Positions 39,901-47,392 of a stretch of 64,000 bases of DNA are shown here, one piece after another. Location: positions 167,819-231,818 of IMG/VR virus record IMGVR_UViG_3300031933_000215. One strand, 5' to 3'. The notes below the pieces were generated by a model. That model worked only from the letters and a program-made list of their open reading frames with translations, was not told the origin of the DNA and ran no database searches. The position numbers and the translations under genes are program-made. Numbering within the stretch: the first letter of the stretch is position 1; the number at the start of each line of letters is the position of its first letter.

Positions 39901-40823
39901 AGGACCCGCGTGCCAACGCCCTGATGGGGGCGGAGTTCTTGAAAGGAAACTACAACTTCATCGTTGAGGAACTGGGTCGTCGACCCAGTGACACCGATCT
40001 GTACCTGGCTCATTTCCTGGGTGCGGCCGGTGCGGTTAAGTTCCTCAAACAGGACACCAACGCGATTGCATCGCAGGTGTTCCCTGCCGCTGCCAAAGCG
40101 AACAAGTCGATCTTCATCCTACCCAGTGGACGAGCCCGGACCATCGGGGAAGTCTATCAGGTCATGGACGAGAAGGTGGCCAAGCATCGCCATGGTTTCG
40201 GTGGGCGTGACAGTGGACAACACACCGCCAACGATGAACAGTACTCCCCCGCTCAACCTCAGGTCGCCAATGGGGACATGATTCAGGTGAACGGTGCGGA
40301 CATGCCAACGGCGTATAAACACAAGTCTCAGGTGGGTCGCCCGCCGGGACAAGCGCCAATCAGCATGGCCCAACGTGCCAGTTCGACCGTGAATCCTGTG
40401 AACCAAACCAGCGCCTCGCCCGGTATGTCCATGGGTCAAGGACGACCACCGACTGGTGCACCCGGCGCGTCCGGTGTGCCGAATACCCCGCAGGAAGATC
40501 CGGTGATTCAACATCAGGCTGAACAGCGTCGTCAGGCGCTGGCGGCCGATCGACGTCAGCAAGTCCAAAACGCCCAAACGGCGAACTACTCGAAAGAGAT
40601 GGGCATGGTGATGGAGAAACAGTTGAAGATCCAAGAATCCATGCGGGATTACCTGAAAGAAATTGCGGGTAATATAGCCGGCGCCAAAGTGGATGAGGCG
40701 AGCACCTCAAGCAGTGGTGGGACTGGACAGGAAAGACCGTCCAATGATACGAGTAAACCAACACGCCCGCCTCAAGGGCCAGGATCTCGTAGCACGCCAC
40801 TACCGGTGAACCTGAAAGAGTAA
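33975..40823 (+). CDS. Tail tape-measure/cell-puncturing protein with lytic transglycosylase domain (phiKZ gp181-like)
   Basis: 2282 aa. SLT motifs IESAF, SSATGWFQFINATW, ANALMGAE and LYLAHFLG near 39680-40200; three internal beta repeats. Confidence 0.9.
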   Translation: MADKRKDLADDEFALPSLDLDDLDDGFDIPDQPEGPVRKFTVNFKRGFLEQTKTRTMMRNFLRGALPDGYSRAMAGAETAWEEGADIARSVAEHADDDLETIASKTEQLLPKLKRFAPKRAYDKIESRVSDARKGFASRDRRTLSQLQEESKANEEAEILRQALEGLDESYREEAQTSEQSAQRRFESERIERSIHEQIKRGQIDGINRQLGAIRGSVEHQVTYQDQITYRYQRKSLEMQYRSYFVLRDLRSYADATKKLHENAYSAIVHNTGLPDHAKTTQAERVRFGMQDRTSSAISGMMSQTLAEYMANYLPQLKENIKDKAISGVRGVGSMLSMGGPPITSETIGRMAGSEASEQAQRYAIPFLSRLARPFMRKASDRMGGYDHLANYAMNNAGSMIQDYTQDLNNTAGWRGMLKNAVRSVAPSYFLDDQIKDGSYQTIDREAAFNQLTQRSIVDIIPGYLSRLLHETRMMRTGRDDLDREVYDVTSGKFSGFKEAKANARKRVVTEVQRQNINNTLDEVIGSYDGDGELSPQAQEALRERLLRDAARGGRFDARQYAEGGYSADTDEETVEELTSFFKNRFEFDSNGRLVRSKDNFERLDAYSNAFLELRNVVPDPRGELRRLHGAGSQEMLRELGLIDSKHGVDRINYDRIWELYRSGDPVVDPEPPEMGTGGGPTTPPNDSPSFRQKLNDRVRNAGDVLSTRINEAREHDWKGTAQAGRDALNRRVDTVREKSKGMGFNPDVFSKFQPVTDTSMSFVTSQVNKAKDAFTPVGDVYNGLREQPLLLGRDLQAGNYIDVNTGNVIRSLKDVTGEIRNRSGWVVATAADLAGDLQDSTGRSLKSSMIADAMERGQGIAGSFGRGVRSQVQDWAAKVNELKDIYLPNREEPLMLARDIKAGKYYDVNSGERIETADDITGEVKDEDGNTVVTPEEYETGLVDNEGRSVKSGRAKAFMSRYLSITTAPGKLLGRVGMTAGRAAARGVGRLLKGKDRDAYLPGEDEPRITVQGLKRGQYFDAESGDAITSFDAIKGGVVDADGNMILSAEERQELVTAGGKKHRAAQGIVRRMIRAGTTGLAKKAAGAYWNWTKNYYRKLPGRLAKLPKVPGKIGSFLTAKPLRDKVGEWLNDDEEEVPEDAAKTPTDGLLKRILKTLDKRLPDEDPEKGSWQSILARRKKEDKEEAAEEESEKREGSLLKRLFGGVGGLLGAGGRWDEEEEEEEDDGDINAYGEYNGGDKEDKDRKKRRNRRNRSRKPRGKIGRLWQGAKNLAKGGWDKVKGLGRSVAGSKWGARALNVGKSFLGPKGWLARGAMAAGSAIAGAITAPVAITAAVVGGVAVGGYMYYKKRKRASGVFRELRLTQYGFSPNGWSNPGKVLDIEDVLSPGVVHQSSGMPKLELNKIDMEKLFEVSGVDKDDEEEVAVFAGWLEHRFKPIFLAYNHALAELAPEVTIQELDDKLPKEKGMKFLDMVTFKDNENSPYLYMHDPFDPGDTVGIDMDDIKDRIEEVKEVYKEHDEDGSSTAGKTAVAAATSGASANARRRVRDRATQTANRQNGLSGINPEDIKPYQFNRGRGGANRAVAAAGGGVVTIASTTGSGPAGFGKPSGMQSQTTDIAITPLQALRLRAYGFGSDLDQPTAEALLALEDRVFDGVTVQRSGNGSRMSFSLKPRELFDWWQEHYPNVPVVSGHEGPFRFGVWLQKKMGQVVKEYVQGVLQTGTTENYATAELDMTMDQKLQVATRIVNMRVIRGSGTDRYTQNIWQTHDYIQAEEPDWQEVAKLAEVDYEFMKRVAKEVKEKPQAKAAEATQSQANDTSRQQKPRDIHGQPTGIGTRPNPTQRGGGGRPSWTSDGGPMWQQYMPKGQVQMKGNVFDGFTKGNGGVWETIPMPRSNKSMEAAIPTLSAVAQMTGVDLGILVTFVSIESAFDYLVTAPTSSATGWFQFINATWDQMLNEHGSKYQLPADDGQRSLRKDPRANALMGAEFLKGNYNFIVEELGRRPSDTDLYLAHFLGAAGAVKFLKQDTNAIASQVFPAAAKANKSIFILPSGRARTIGEVYQVMDEKVAKHRHGFGGRDSGQHTANDEQYSPAQPQVANGDMIQVNGADMPTAYKHKSQVGRPPGQAPISMAQRASSTVNPVNQTSASPGMSMGQGRPPTGAPGASGVPNTPQEDPVIQHQAEQRRQALAADRRQQVQNAQTANYSKEMGMVMEKQLKIQESMRDYLKEIAGNIAGAKVDEASTSSSGGTGQERPSNDTSKPTRPPQGPGSRSTPLPVNLKE

Positions 40824-40877
40824 TCAACCCTGTTGGTCCCCGGCAATGCGCCGGGGACCTTTTATCCGGAGGTAAGA

Positions 40878-42884
40878 ATGGCGAATTTGAACCGTAACAG
40901 CTTATGGCTCCGCCATGCCTTCCTGCTGCCGACCAGTGAAGACATGTTGTCCTACGGGAGCAGAACCAAACGACGGTATGCCACGTCGGCGGCTTTTAAG
41001 TTTACCAACACTACGCTGGGTGGTAACTGGGCTATCAACAACCCACCCCAGTTCACCAGGTACGCTGATATCCGGCAACCTGGAAAGGGACGTACGGAAG
41101 CCGAACGCTCTCAGGGCATGGGTCGGTATTACAGCGAAGCCATTGATGATCCGAAACAGATCATCCATATGAGTTTTGGGGTCCCGCAGTTCTCCAGTTG
41201 GACCAGTTTCTTCACCAACTTCTACGACCGTAACGCGGCCTTGCTGGCCAACACCGGTCGGGTGTCTGGGCTTTGGTACAACGCCGGTTTTGTCGGGGGA
41301 TTCGTGGTAACGCTCCCACTGCAACCGTTCATCATGGGTGTTTCCGCCGTAAAACGAGTGTACGACTTCTTGGCAAAGAACCAGCCCAGTAAGTGGTACT
41401 ACTTCAAACCGACCATGCACGCGTACTGGTCAGCGGTAAATACCATCGCCAACGAAATGGCCATTGGGTTGGGACTGACACCCCGTGTCTTGGCACCCAC
41501 CCAGCTCGATTACAGTAACGATGGTAAAGCACCGAAGAAAGACCCGGGTCAAACCGTGGATGAGGATTTGCTGAAAAAGATCCACACGATGTTTCCGGAC
41601 ATTTTTCGTGAAGAGGGTGGTATCGATGTGATGTCCTTGGCCACTCGTACCCAGCGGATGTCGGACAACTCCCAACTAGCATTGGAACGTATGCAGGAAC
41701 AAGCTCGGAGCAACCAGGAACTCCGGGACAACTTTAGTAAGTACGTAGCGGAGAAAGAAACCGACCCCAACCCAGACATCTCTACCCAGAAGTACTTTGA
41801 AGAGTACCTTAAATCAGAGGCTGGTAAGGTAGCCGCTGAGGGCGCCACCACCGAGTCCATCAGCACGTGGGGCGACACGTCCTTCAAAGGACTGTATGAA
41901 TTCATGCGGGCACACCAACGGGACGGAAGTCAGTTTGCCAGTTTCCGGGTGAACCACAACGGGTCCATGTCCGAGTCGTTCAACAACTCGACGCGGGATT
42001 CCGAGGTGGCCCAGACACTGAACAGCAAAGTCGCCCAAGGTCGGCAGGCGAGCATGTCATTCATGGGTGGTAACATCACTGACATGTTCGGGGAGGCCAT
42101 GAACTACGTCCAGAGTTTTGTGGCTGGGGCGTTGGACAGTGTCAATTTGGGCGGCTTGGCCACGCTCACAGGCACAGCGTTCTTTGATATCCCAAAAATG
42201 TGGGATAGTTCCACGGCACAACTCCCACGGGCAGAATACACCGTCCCACTCCCGTCACCGTATGGGAACAAGTTGTCGCGGTTTATCAACATGTACGTAC
42301 CAATCGCCATGTTGTTAGCAGGCGGTCTCCCACGGTCGGCAGGGCGGAGTTCGTACACCAGTCCGTTCATCTGCCAGATCTTTCACCAAGGTCGGGTACA
42401 ATGTCAGCTCGGGATGATCGAATCCATCACCCTGACCCGGGGTACGGGTAACGTGGGCTGGAATGCTGATCACGACATGTTGGGGGCAGAACTGACCTTC
42501 TCGGTGGTGGACCTGTCCAGCATTATGCACATCCCAATTAAAAGCGGGTTTACCACAGGGAACTGGACCAAGGACCTGGCCTCGGCCGGTACCACTTTGG
42601 TCGCTGAGGGTCTCGGTGGGGACACCGCCGCCGGGCTGGCTCAAGCGGCAACCAACAGCCAGGTTTGGGACGAGCAGAGCTTGTTCTCCGATTATATGGC
42701 AGTGCTCACGTCGTTGCCGGTCTCAGACACCTACTATGTCAAGAACCGGCTGAACCTGAACATGACCCGAGCACTGCAAGGGTTTAAGAACTGGCGCTCG
42801 CCGAGTAACTTCTTGTCAATGACCATGGACACGGCTCCGGTCCGGGCGATCTCCGCGTTTGCCCAGACCAGTAACCGGTTCTAG
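40878..42884 (+). CDS. Tail/baseplate structural protein (phiKZ gp182-like)
   Basis: ATG 40878 after GGAGG; directly follows the gp181-like gene; LGMIESITLTRGTGNVGW motif. Confidence 0.7.
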   Translation: MANLNRNSLWLRHAFLLPTSEDMLSYGSRTKRRYATSAAFKFTNTTLGGNWAINNPPQFTRYADIRQPGKGRTEAERSQGMGRYYSEAIDDPKQIIHMSFGVPQFSSWTSFFTNFYDRNAALLANTGRVSGLWYNAGFVGGFVVTLPLQPFIMGVSAVKRVYDFLAKNQPSKWYYFKPTMHAYWSAVNTIANEMAIGLGLTPRVLAPTQLDYSNDGKAPKKDPGQTVDEDLLKKIHTMFPDIFREEGGIDVMSLATRTQRMSDNSQLALERMQEQARSNQELRDNFSKYVAEKETDPNPDISTQKYFEEYLKSEAGKVAAEGATTESISTWGDTSFKGLYEFMRAHQRDGSQFASFRVNHNGSMSESFNNSTRDSEVAQTLNSKVAQGRQASMSFMGGNITDMFGEAMNYVQSFVAGALDSVNLGGLATLTGTAFFDIPKMWDSSTAQLPRAEYTVPLPSPYGNKLSRFINMYVPIAMLLAGGLPRSAGRSSYTSPFICQIFHQGRVQCQLGMIESITLTRGTGNVGWNADHDMLGAELTFSVVDLSSIMHIPIKSGFTTGNWTKDLASAGTTLVAEGLGGDTAAGLAQAATNSQVWDEQSLFSDYMAVLTSLPVSDTYYVKNRLNLNMTRALQGFKNWRSPSNFLSMTMDTAPVRAISAFAQTSNRF

Positions 42885-42921
42885 CAACCCATTCACCCAT
42901 CACTCCTTAAAGGAACCTTCT

Positions 42922-43161
42922 ATGAAAACAGTCGTTATCAAAATGGTTCTCAAGGCCGCTCTTTACTTTCTGTTGCAGAACAGTCGCGTGCGTGACGTTC
43001 TCGCCTTTGTAAAGGAAGCCGAAGAAGAACTGAACAACCCGTTTGCCCGTCGGGGTCACGTCTACCGTCGTCTCAAAGAAACGGAAGGCGAGAGTAAACC
43101 GAAGAACGAACTCAACCTCGCCGTCGAGCTGGGCGTGGGTTTGTATCGGTTGATGAAATAA
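42922..43161 (+). CDS. Hypothetical protein
   Basis: ATG 42922 after AAGGA. Confidence 0.55.
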   Translation: MKTVVIKMVLKAALYFLLQNSRVRDVLAFVKEAEEELNNPFARRGHVYRRLKETEGESKPKNELNLAVELGVGLYRLMK

Positions 43162-43164
43162 CGC

Positions 43165-43207
43165 CGACGCAGACTGTGGGGCCTTCGGGCCCCACCTTTA
43201 TGTCGAT
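43165..43207 (+). terminator. Terminator hairpin
   Basis: GGGGCC-TTCG-GGCCCC followed by CTTTATGTCG. Confidence 0.7.
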
Positions 43208-43224
43208 TCTACCGGTCTTGAGAT

Positions 43225-43240
43225 CTATATCACCACTGTG
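43225..43240 (+). promoter_or_regulatory. Early promoter motif CTATATCAC-N4-GTG
   Basis: Exact motif copy after a terminator. Confidence 0.7.
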
Positions 43241-43341
43241 CATTGCCGCTGTAATAAACTACTTATACGGCAGCAACTATGAGGCGGTACACGCCTCGAC
43301 TCATGAGTCTAAACCAACTGCAAAAAAGAGAGAACCGTAAC

Positions 43342-43758
43342 ATGGCACTTAAGACCGAAAAATCCGTCGAGAAGTTTGGCATCTCCGACAAGATGAAGTT
43401 CGACGAAAAATCAGGTGTGATCAGCCTGCCGAAGAACTTCTACGAGAAGACGCTCGAAGACGGTGAGGTGGGTCTGACTCTGGACGAAGTGAAGAAGCTC
43501 CAGAAGCATGACAGTGAAGTGCTGGCAGCCACCACGTTGGCGGCCGGTCAGGTAGCCGCTGAGAAGTTCGAGTCCCATCCCGAACTGAAAGAAATCTCGG
43601 TGAACTACAACCACGGCCAGAACACCTCCTGGGCACACTTCGAGCGCGAGAGCACCACGCCGGTGCGTAACGTTGTTGAAGTCAAAGGCCTCGACGGTGG
43701 TGAGATGGGTAAAGTCCATCGTCATCTGAAAGGACTGTTCGACGACATCAACAGTTAA
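43342..43758 (+). CDS. Conserved jumbo-phage early protein of unknown function
   Basis: ATG 43342; strongly biased codons; own promoter and terminator. Confidence 0.65.
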   Translation: MALKTEKSVEKFGISDKMKFDEKSGVISLPKNFYEKTLEDGEVGLTLDEVKKLQKHDSEVLAATTLAAGQVAAEKFESHPELKEISVNYNHGQNTSWAHFERESTTPVRNVVEVKGLDGGEMGKVHRHLKGLFDDINS

Positions 43759-43842
43759 TCAACTGTTCGCGGACAAAGAGGCGGCCCTTCATTGGGTCGC
43801 CTTTATCCACATTCTTCTTTTTCATTTGTTTAAGGATTACCC

Positions 43843-44529
43843 ATGAGCTTAACATCACTCCCACCGCAGTTCATTGTTTTTGAAGGCGGTGACGGTGCCG
43901 GCAAAAGCACGCAACTCAAACTACTGTCCGAGAAACTCACCGAGCTGGGCATTGACCACATCACCACACGTGAGCCGGGTGGTACCCCCATGGCCGAAGA
44001 GATCCGCGACGTCATGTTGAAAAAACGGGACGAACCGGTGGCTGGAAACACTGAGCTGTTGTTGATTTTCGCCGCTCGCCAACAACACCTGGACAACCGC
44101 ATCCTGCCCGCCTTGGCTGAAGGTCGTTGGGTACTGTGTGATCGGTTCATTGAAACGACCTACGCGTACCAATGTGTTGGTCGCGGTGTCAACGAAGGCT
44201 TCTTTTTCGACATGATGGTGAACGTGGTGGGCGATCATTCCCCGCATCTGACCGTTTACCTCGACGTCGATGACGAGGTCAGCGTGCAGCGCCGAGCGGC
44301 CCGTAAAGACGGTAGTGATCGGATCGACGATGAGACCCAAGAGTTCTTCACTAAGATCAACGACACCCTGCGCGGGTTTGCTTTGAATCTCCCGCACCAT
44401 GCAACGGTGGATGGTAACCAGACCGAAGAAGCGGTAGCGAACGACGTCTTTGCCTTCGTGGAAGACCTCGCCAACAAAACCGACTCTGATCTCGATAGTA
44501 TGGCGGATACGCAAACCGCGTCTCCCTAA
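43843..44529 (+). CDS. tmk: Thymidylate kinase
   Basis: FIVFEGGDGAGKST, TREPGGT, ELLLIFAAR, LCDRF motifs. Confidence 0.95.
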   Translation: MSLTSLPPQFIVFEGGDGAGKSTQLKLLSEKLTELGIDHITTREPGGTPMAEEIRDVMLKKRDEPVAGNTELLLIFAARQQHLDNRILPALAEGRWVLCDRFIETTYAYQCVGRGVNEGFFFDMMVNVVGDHSPHLTVYLDVDDEVSVQRRAARKDGSDRIDDETQEFFTKINDTLRGFALNLPHHATVDGNQTEEAVANDVFAFVEDLANKTDSDLDSMADTQTASP

Positions 44530-44562
44530 CAACAACACTGTGACAAGGTAAATAGGTTAACC

Positions 44563-44766
44563 ATGCAGGATATAGTTTTGGAAGACAACATCGGGCGACT
44601 CTTCGTCAAACAGCGCCACGGACTGAAAACCCATGCTATACTGAAAGAGCTACGCCGGGACAAAGTCGTTTTGCAATGCCCGGAACGGGAAGATCGGTTT
44701 ACGATCAGCGCGAAGGAATTTCGTAAGTTCTACCAGCGGGTGGAAAAACGAAAACCGGCGGCGTAA
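44563..44766 (+). CDS. Hypothetical protein
   Basis: 67-aa ORF before a terminator. Confidence 0.5.
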   Translation: MQDIVLEDNIGRLFVKQRHGLKTHAILKELRRDKVVLQCPEREDRFTISAKEFRKFYQRVEKRKPAA

Positions 44767-44768
44767 CC

Positions 44769-44806
44769 TGCATAACCCTCCCTCCGAAGAGGGAGGGCGT
44801 TATGTT
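44769..44806 (+). terminator. Terminator with CATAA/TTATG arms
   Basis: CCCTCCCTC/GAGGGAGGG stem. Confidence 0.7.
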
Positions 44807-44837
44807 CATCAAACAACTAAGAACGAGTGAGGGACCC

Positions 44838-45137
44838 ATGTACAAAAAACGTATTTGCGACGCCATTCTGGCACTGATTGTTTTCTTCCTGATCATGCTG
44901 GTGACCAGCCCCGACCTGTACGCCAAAGAAAAGACGTACGAGGTGGTGTGTCCGGCATTCAGCGATTGGTGTGTGTTGGTCAAAGGCGACACCGCCATCA
45001 AGTTAACCCGAGACCAGTTGCCCGAATTCATCCCCATCAGTTACGAAGTAGAACGGTGTCACATTGAGTTCTGTGTGAACGCCGACATGGATGTCATTGG
45101 GCTGAACCCGAATTACTTTCTCTGGAGACATCGATGA
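44838..45137 (+). CDS. Exported/membrane-anchored Cys-containing protein
   Basis: N-terminal hydrophobic helix and four Cys; ATG 44838 after GAGGGA. Confidence 0.55.
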   Translation: MYKKRICDAILALIVFFLIMLVTSPDLYAKEKTYEVVCPAFSDWCVLVKGDTAIKLTRDQLPEFIPISYEVERCHIEFCVNADMDVIGLNPNYFLWRHR

Positions 45138-45751
45138 AAATCTTCACCGGTGTGGGCAGTCGTGACATTCCCGGTCCACGGGGACGGCTGCTCAGTTTCA
45201 TTGCGTGCTACCTCGTCCGGTTGGGTTGGGGGTTTCGGTCAGGCGGTGCCGACGGCTCCGACTCGGAATTCGAACGCGGGGCCGTGCGGGCCACCGGGAC
45301 CAGCCAATCGGAACAGATTGAGATCTACCTTCCTTGGCCCGGGTTTAACGGGCGCATCGATGTTCCCGAGAATCGCATCTTGGGGAAGAAGTCCAACCAG
45401 GAAGTCGCGCGTCAAATTGCCAAGAAGATTCACCCTGCTGGTGGTAACCTCAAAGAATCACACCTGAACTTGCATGGCCGAAACGGCTACCAGGTATTGG
45501 GGGAGAACCTAGATTTGCCTTCGGACTTCATCGTCTACTACGCCGAACCCGATGGGAAAGGGAGCGTGAAAGGCGGGACACGGACAGCGGTCGAATTGGC
45601 ACGGTGTTTGGGAATTCCCGAACTCAACCTCTGGTATGATCATGTGGCCCGACTGCTGTTTGATCTGATCAAAGCCAATCACCCCGACCCGTTGTGGGAG
45701 TGTTACAAGCAACTGAAATTGGGCGAGTTCCGGGAATGGCTACATGGTTAA
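45134..45751 (+). CDS. DprA/Smf-like (SLOG superfamily) protein
   Basis: FTGVGSR, RSGGADGSD..FE, EIYLPW.GFN, HGRN.YQVLG and GGTRTAV motifs. Confidence 0.8.
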   Translation: MKIFTGVGSRDIPGPRGRLLSFIACYLVRLGWGFRSGGADGSDSEFERGAVRATGTSQSEQIEIYLPWPGFNGRIDVPENRILGKKSNQEVARQIAKKIHPAGGNLKESHLNLHGRNGYQVLGENLDLPSDFIVYYAEPDGKGSVKGGTRTAVELARCLGIPELNLWYDHVARLLFDLIKANHPDPLWECYKQLKLGEFREWLHG

Positions 45752-45895
45752 CTTTTCCAGGGTATCCCCAATATTATGTCAGACCTGTCCTGACACGATC
45801 TTTTACAATTTGATTCGCGGACACACTCAGGCGGTTTTACCGTCCCAAGCATCTGCAAATACAGATGCGGTCTTTACGAAGGCCAAAACCACGGT

Positions 45896-45926
45896 AGCCC
45901 GGGCACCGCTTCGGCGGTGCCCGCTA
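45896..45926 (+). terminator. Strong hairpin (probable terminator)
   Basis: CGGGCACCGC-TTCG-GCGGTGCCCG. Confidence 0.7.
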
Positions 45927-45970
45927 TTCCGTCACCCCATAAAAACTACCCCGGGTGTGATGGTATGTAC

Positions 45971-46038
45971 ACGTCGTGTTATCTGATGAGTTCCCGACGT
46001 TAAAAGGAACGAAACTCCCACGGAGTCATAAGAGGCAC
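45971..46038 (+). ncRNA. Type I hammerhead ribozyme with loop II pseudoknot
   Basis: Core CUGAUGA 45983-89; stem II GUUCC/GGAAC; GAAA 46011-14; stem III ACUCC/GGAGU; GUC cleavage site at 46027; stem I UUAU/AUAA; ACGUCG (45971-76) is complementary to loop II CGACGU (45995-46000). Confidence 0.88.
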
Positions 46039-46320
46039 ATGCGCCTCCCTTCATCGAGTTTACGGTTGGAGATGTTAGGCACCTGCTGGGTGGTGTGATT
46101 GGTAGTCACACCGCTCGTAACCGTACGGGCGACGTACCTTACCAGTCGTCGCCAAGTTGTCGCTTGGGCTTATTCGTGCTAAACAAGGAACTATCCCTGA
46201 GCAGGCAGCCTGTAGGCGTTTTCTACAGCGCGGGTGATCCGGAGATCCGCCTCGAAACTCAAGACGCCTATGGGGTGCTTAAATGGCATCTTGGCCTGTC
46301 CTTCGGGGCAGGCCTCTATA
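46028..46320 (+). ncRNA. Candidate structured non-coding RNA released by the hammerhead
   Basis: Multiple nested helices, no credible ORF, ends at terminator 46293-46314. Confidence 0.5.
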
Positions 46321-46322
46321 CC
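46293..46322 (+). terminator. Terminator hairpin
   Basis: GGCCTGTCC-TTCG-GGGCAGGCC. Confidence 0.7.
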
Positions 46323-46344
46323 GCATCTGAACGAGGGTCACATC

Positions 46345-46587
46345 ATGGCTTTTATTGCAACGGTACAAATCTTGGTAGACGAGCCCACCGCCGCTGAGGC
46401 GCGTGAGAACTTGGAACAGCTGTTTGAATCCGCCCGGGTTACATCGGTAGATCAAACCGATGACGATCGAAACTGGTTGGTGGATTGGGTGTTTGACGAG
46501 GTCTACGCCGCTGGCGAAGATGTCGATGACGCCATCACCAACGACACTTACGAAGAAGGGGACGCGTTCGAAGGAATGGACGACTGA
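46345..46587 (+). CDS. Small acidic hypothetical protein
   Basis: ATG 46345 after GAGGG. Confidence 0.6.
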   Translation: MAFIATVQILVDEPTAAEARENLEQLFESARVTSVDQTDDDRNWLVDWVFDEVYAAGEDVDDAITNDTYEEGDAFEGMDD

Positions 46588-46601
46588 TCCATAATTGACA
46601 C

Positions 46602-46617
46602 CTATATCACTCAGGTG
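46602..46617 (+). promoter_or_regulatory. Early promoter motif CTATATCAC-TCAG-GTG
   Basis: Identical to the copy at 16476. Confidence 0.7.
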
Positions 46618-46671
46618 AGTTAAGTACTCAAAAAAAAAGACACACAACTGCAACCACAAAAGGAATCAACC

Positions 46672-47304
46672 ATGCAAATGAACACAAACTACTACATGAG
46701 CATGTCCCCTAAAGAACTGCGCGAGCGGGTCATGGAGATTCTGCACATGAAGTCCAAGGTCGTGCCTCAGAGCAATATGGTCGCCGGGGGTATCATGGAC
46801 AAGCGCCGACTCAGTCCATTCACGGCGGCGGACGTTACCAACGCACTCGCCCCAATGCTCCAGAAACTGGAGAAGGTCATCGCTCAAGACGGCTACACGG
46901 TATTCTCCGATGTGCGTCTCTTGGAAGAACCGGTCAATGAGGATGTCAATGAAGACCAGCCCGCGTGGCAACCCCCCAAGCACACGTTTGCGATCGTCCC
47001 TAACGGTGAATCGCATGTGGTGTACGTTGAGTTCCCCAGTGACATGTTCTTTGCGATCATGGCCAACCTGCTGCCAGGCTTTGGAAATGGCGGTTTTGGC
47101 ACATACCAGCCGGGCCCACGGCCCACCATGGGCATGGGTGATCCGACCGGTGGATACCAGCAGTTTGGGGCACAGCCTGACCCACGCAATTACGGCATGT
47201 ACCCAAACCCATACCCCATCCAGCCGGAACACCAGTTCATGTTCCTAGTCCGTTTCTTGCTGATCGAATCGAACCATGAAGTCCGAGACATGGGCTTTAT
47301 GTAA
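46672..47304 (+). CDS. Early hypothetical protein
   Basis: AAGGA RBS; downstream of an early promoter; followed by a terminator. Confidence 0.65.
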   Translation: MQMNTNYYMSMSPKELRERVMEILHMKSKVVPQSNMVAGGIMDKRRLSPFTAADVTNALAPMLQKLEKVIAQDGYTVFSDVRLLEEPVNEDVNEDQPAWQPPKHTFAIVPNGESHVVYVEFPSDMFFAIMANLLPGFGNGGFGTYQPGPRPTMGMGDPTGGYQQFGAQPDPRNYGMYPNPYPIQPEHQFMFLVRFLLIESNHEVRDMGFM

Positions 47305-47312
47305 GCCGTCGA

Positions 47313-47345
47313 ACAAGAGGACCTTCGGGTCCTCTTTTTTTTTTG
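47313..47345 (+). terminator. Rho-independent terminator
   Basis: AAGAGGACC-TTCG-GGTCCTCTT plus poly-T. Confidence 0.85.
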
Positions 47346-47392
47346 TCGCGTCCCCACGGCCCAATGATGTGATCGTACATTAAGGGGGCGTT

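Noticed and set aside
45820-45891. tRNA-Cys-like element (CTGCAAA loop, ...ACCA)
   Set aside because: The flanks of CTGCAAA do not form an anticodon stem, there is no canonical T-loop, and no 7-bp acceptor stem precedes CCA.
46196-46270. Second hammerhead (CTGAGCA...CGAAAC) that would allow circularisation
   Set aside because: The core lacks the C3-G8 pair and there is no valid stem III/NUH site.
46028-46320. tmRNA (suggested by sspB in the window) or a group I-like core
   Set aside because: No tRNA-like acceptor/T-arm with CCA, no tag ORF ending in an ALAA-type sequence, and no G-binding P7 pairing.
45744-46397. ORFs 45744..45986 and 46095..46397
   Set aside because: No RBS, atypical composition, and they run through terminators and RNA structures.
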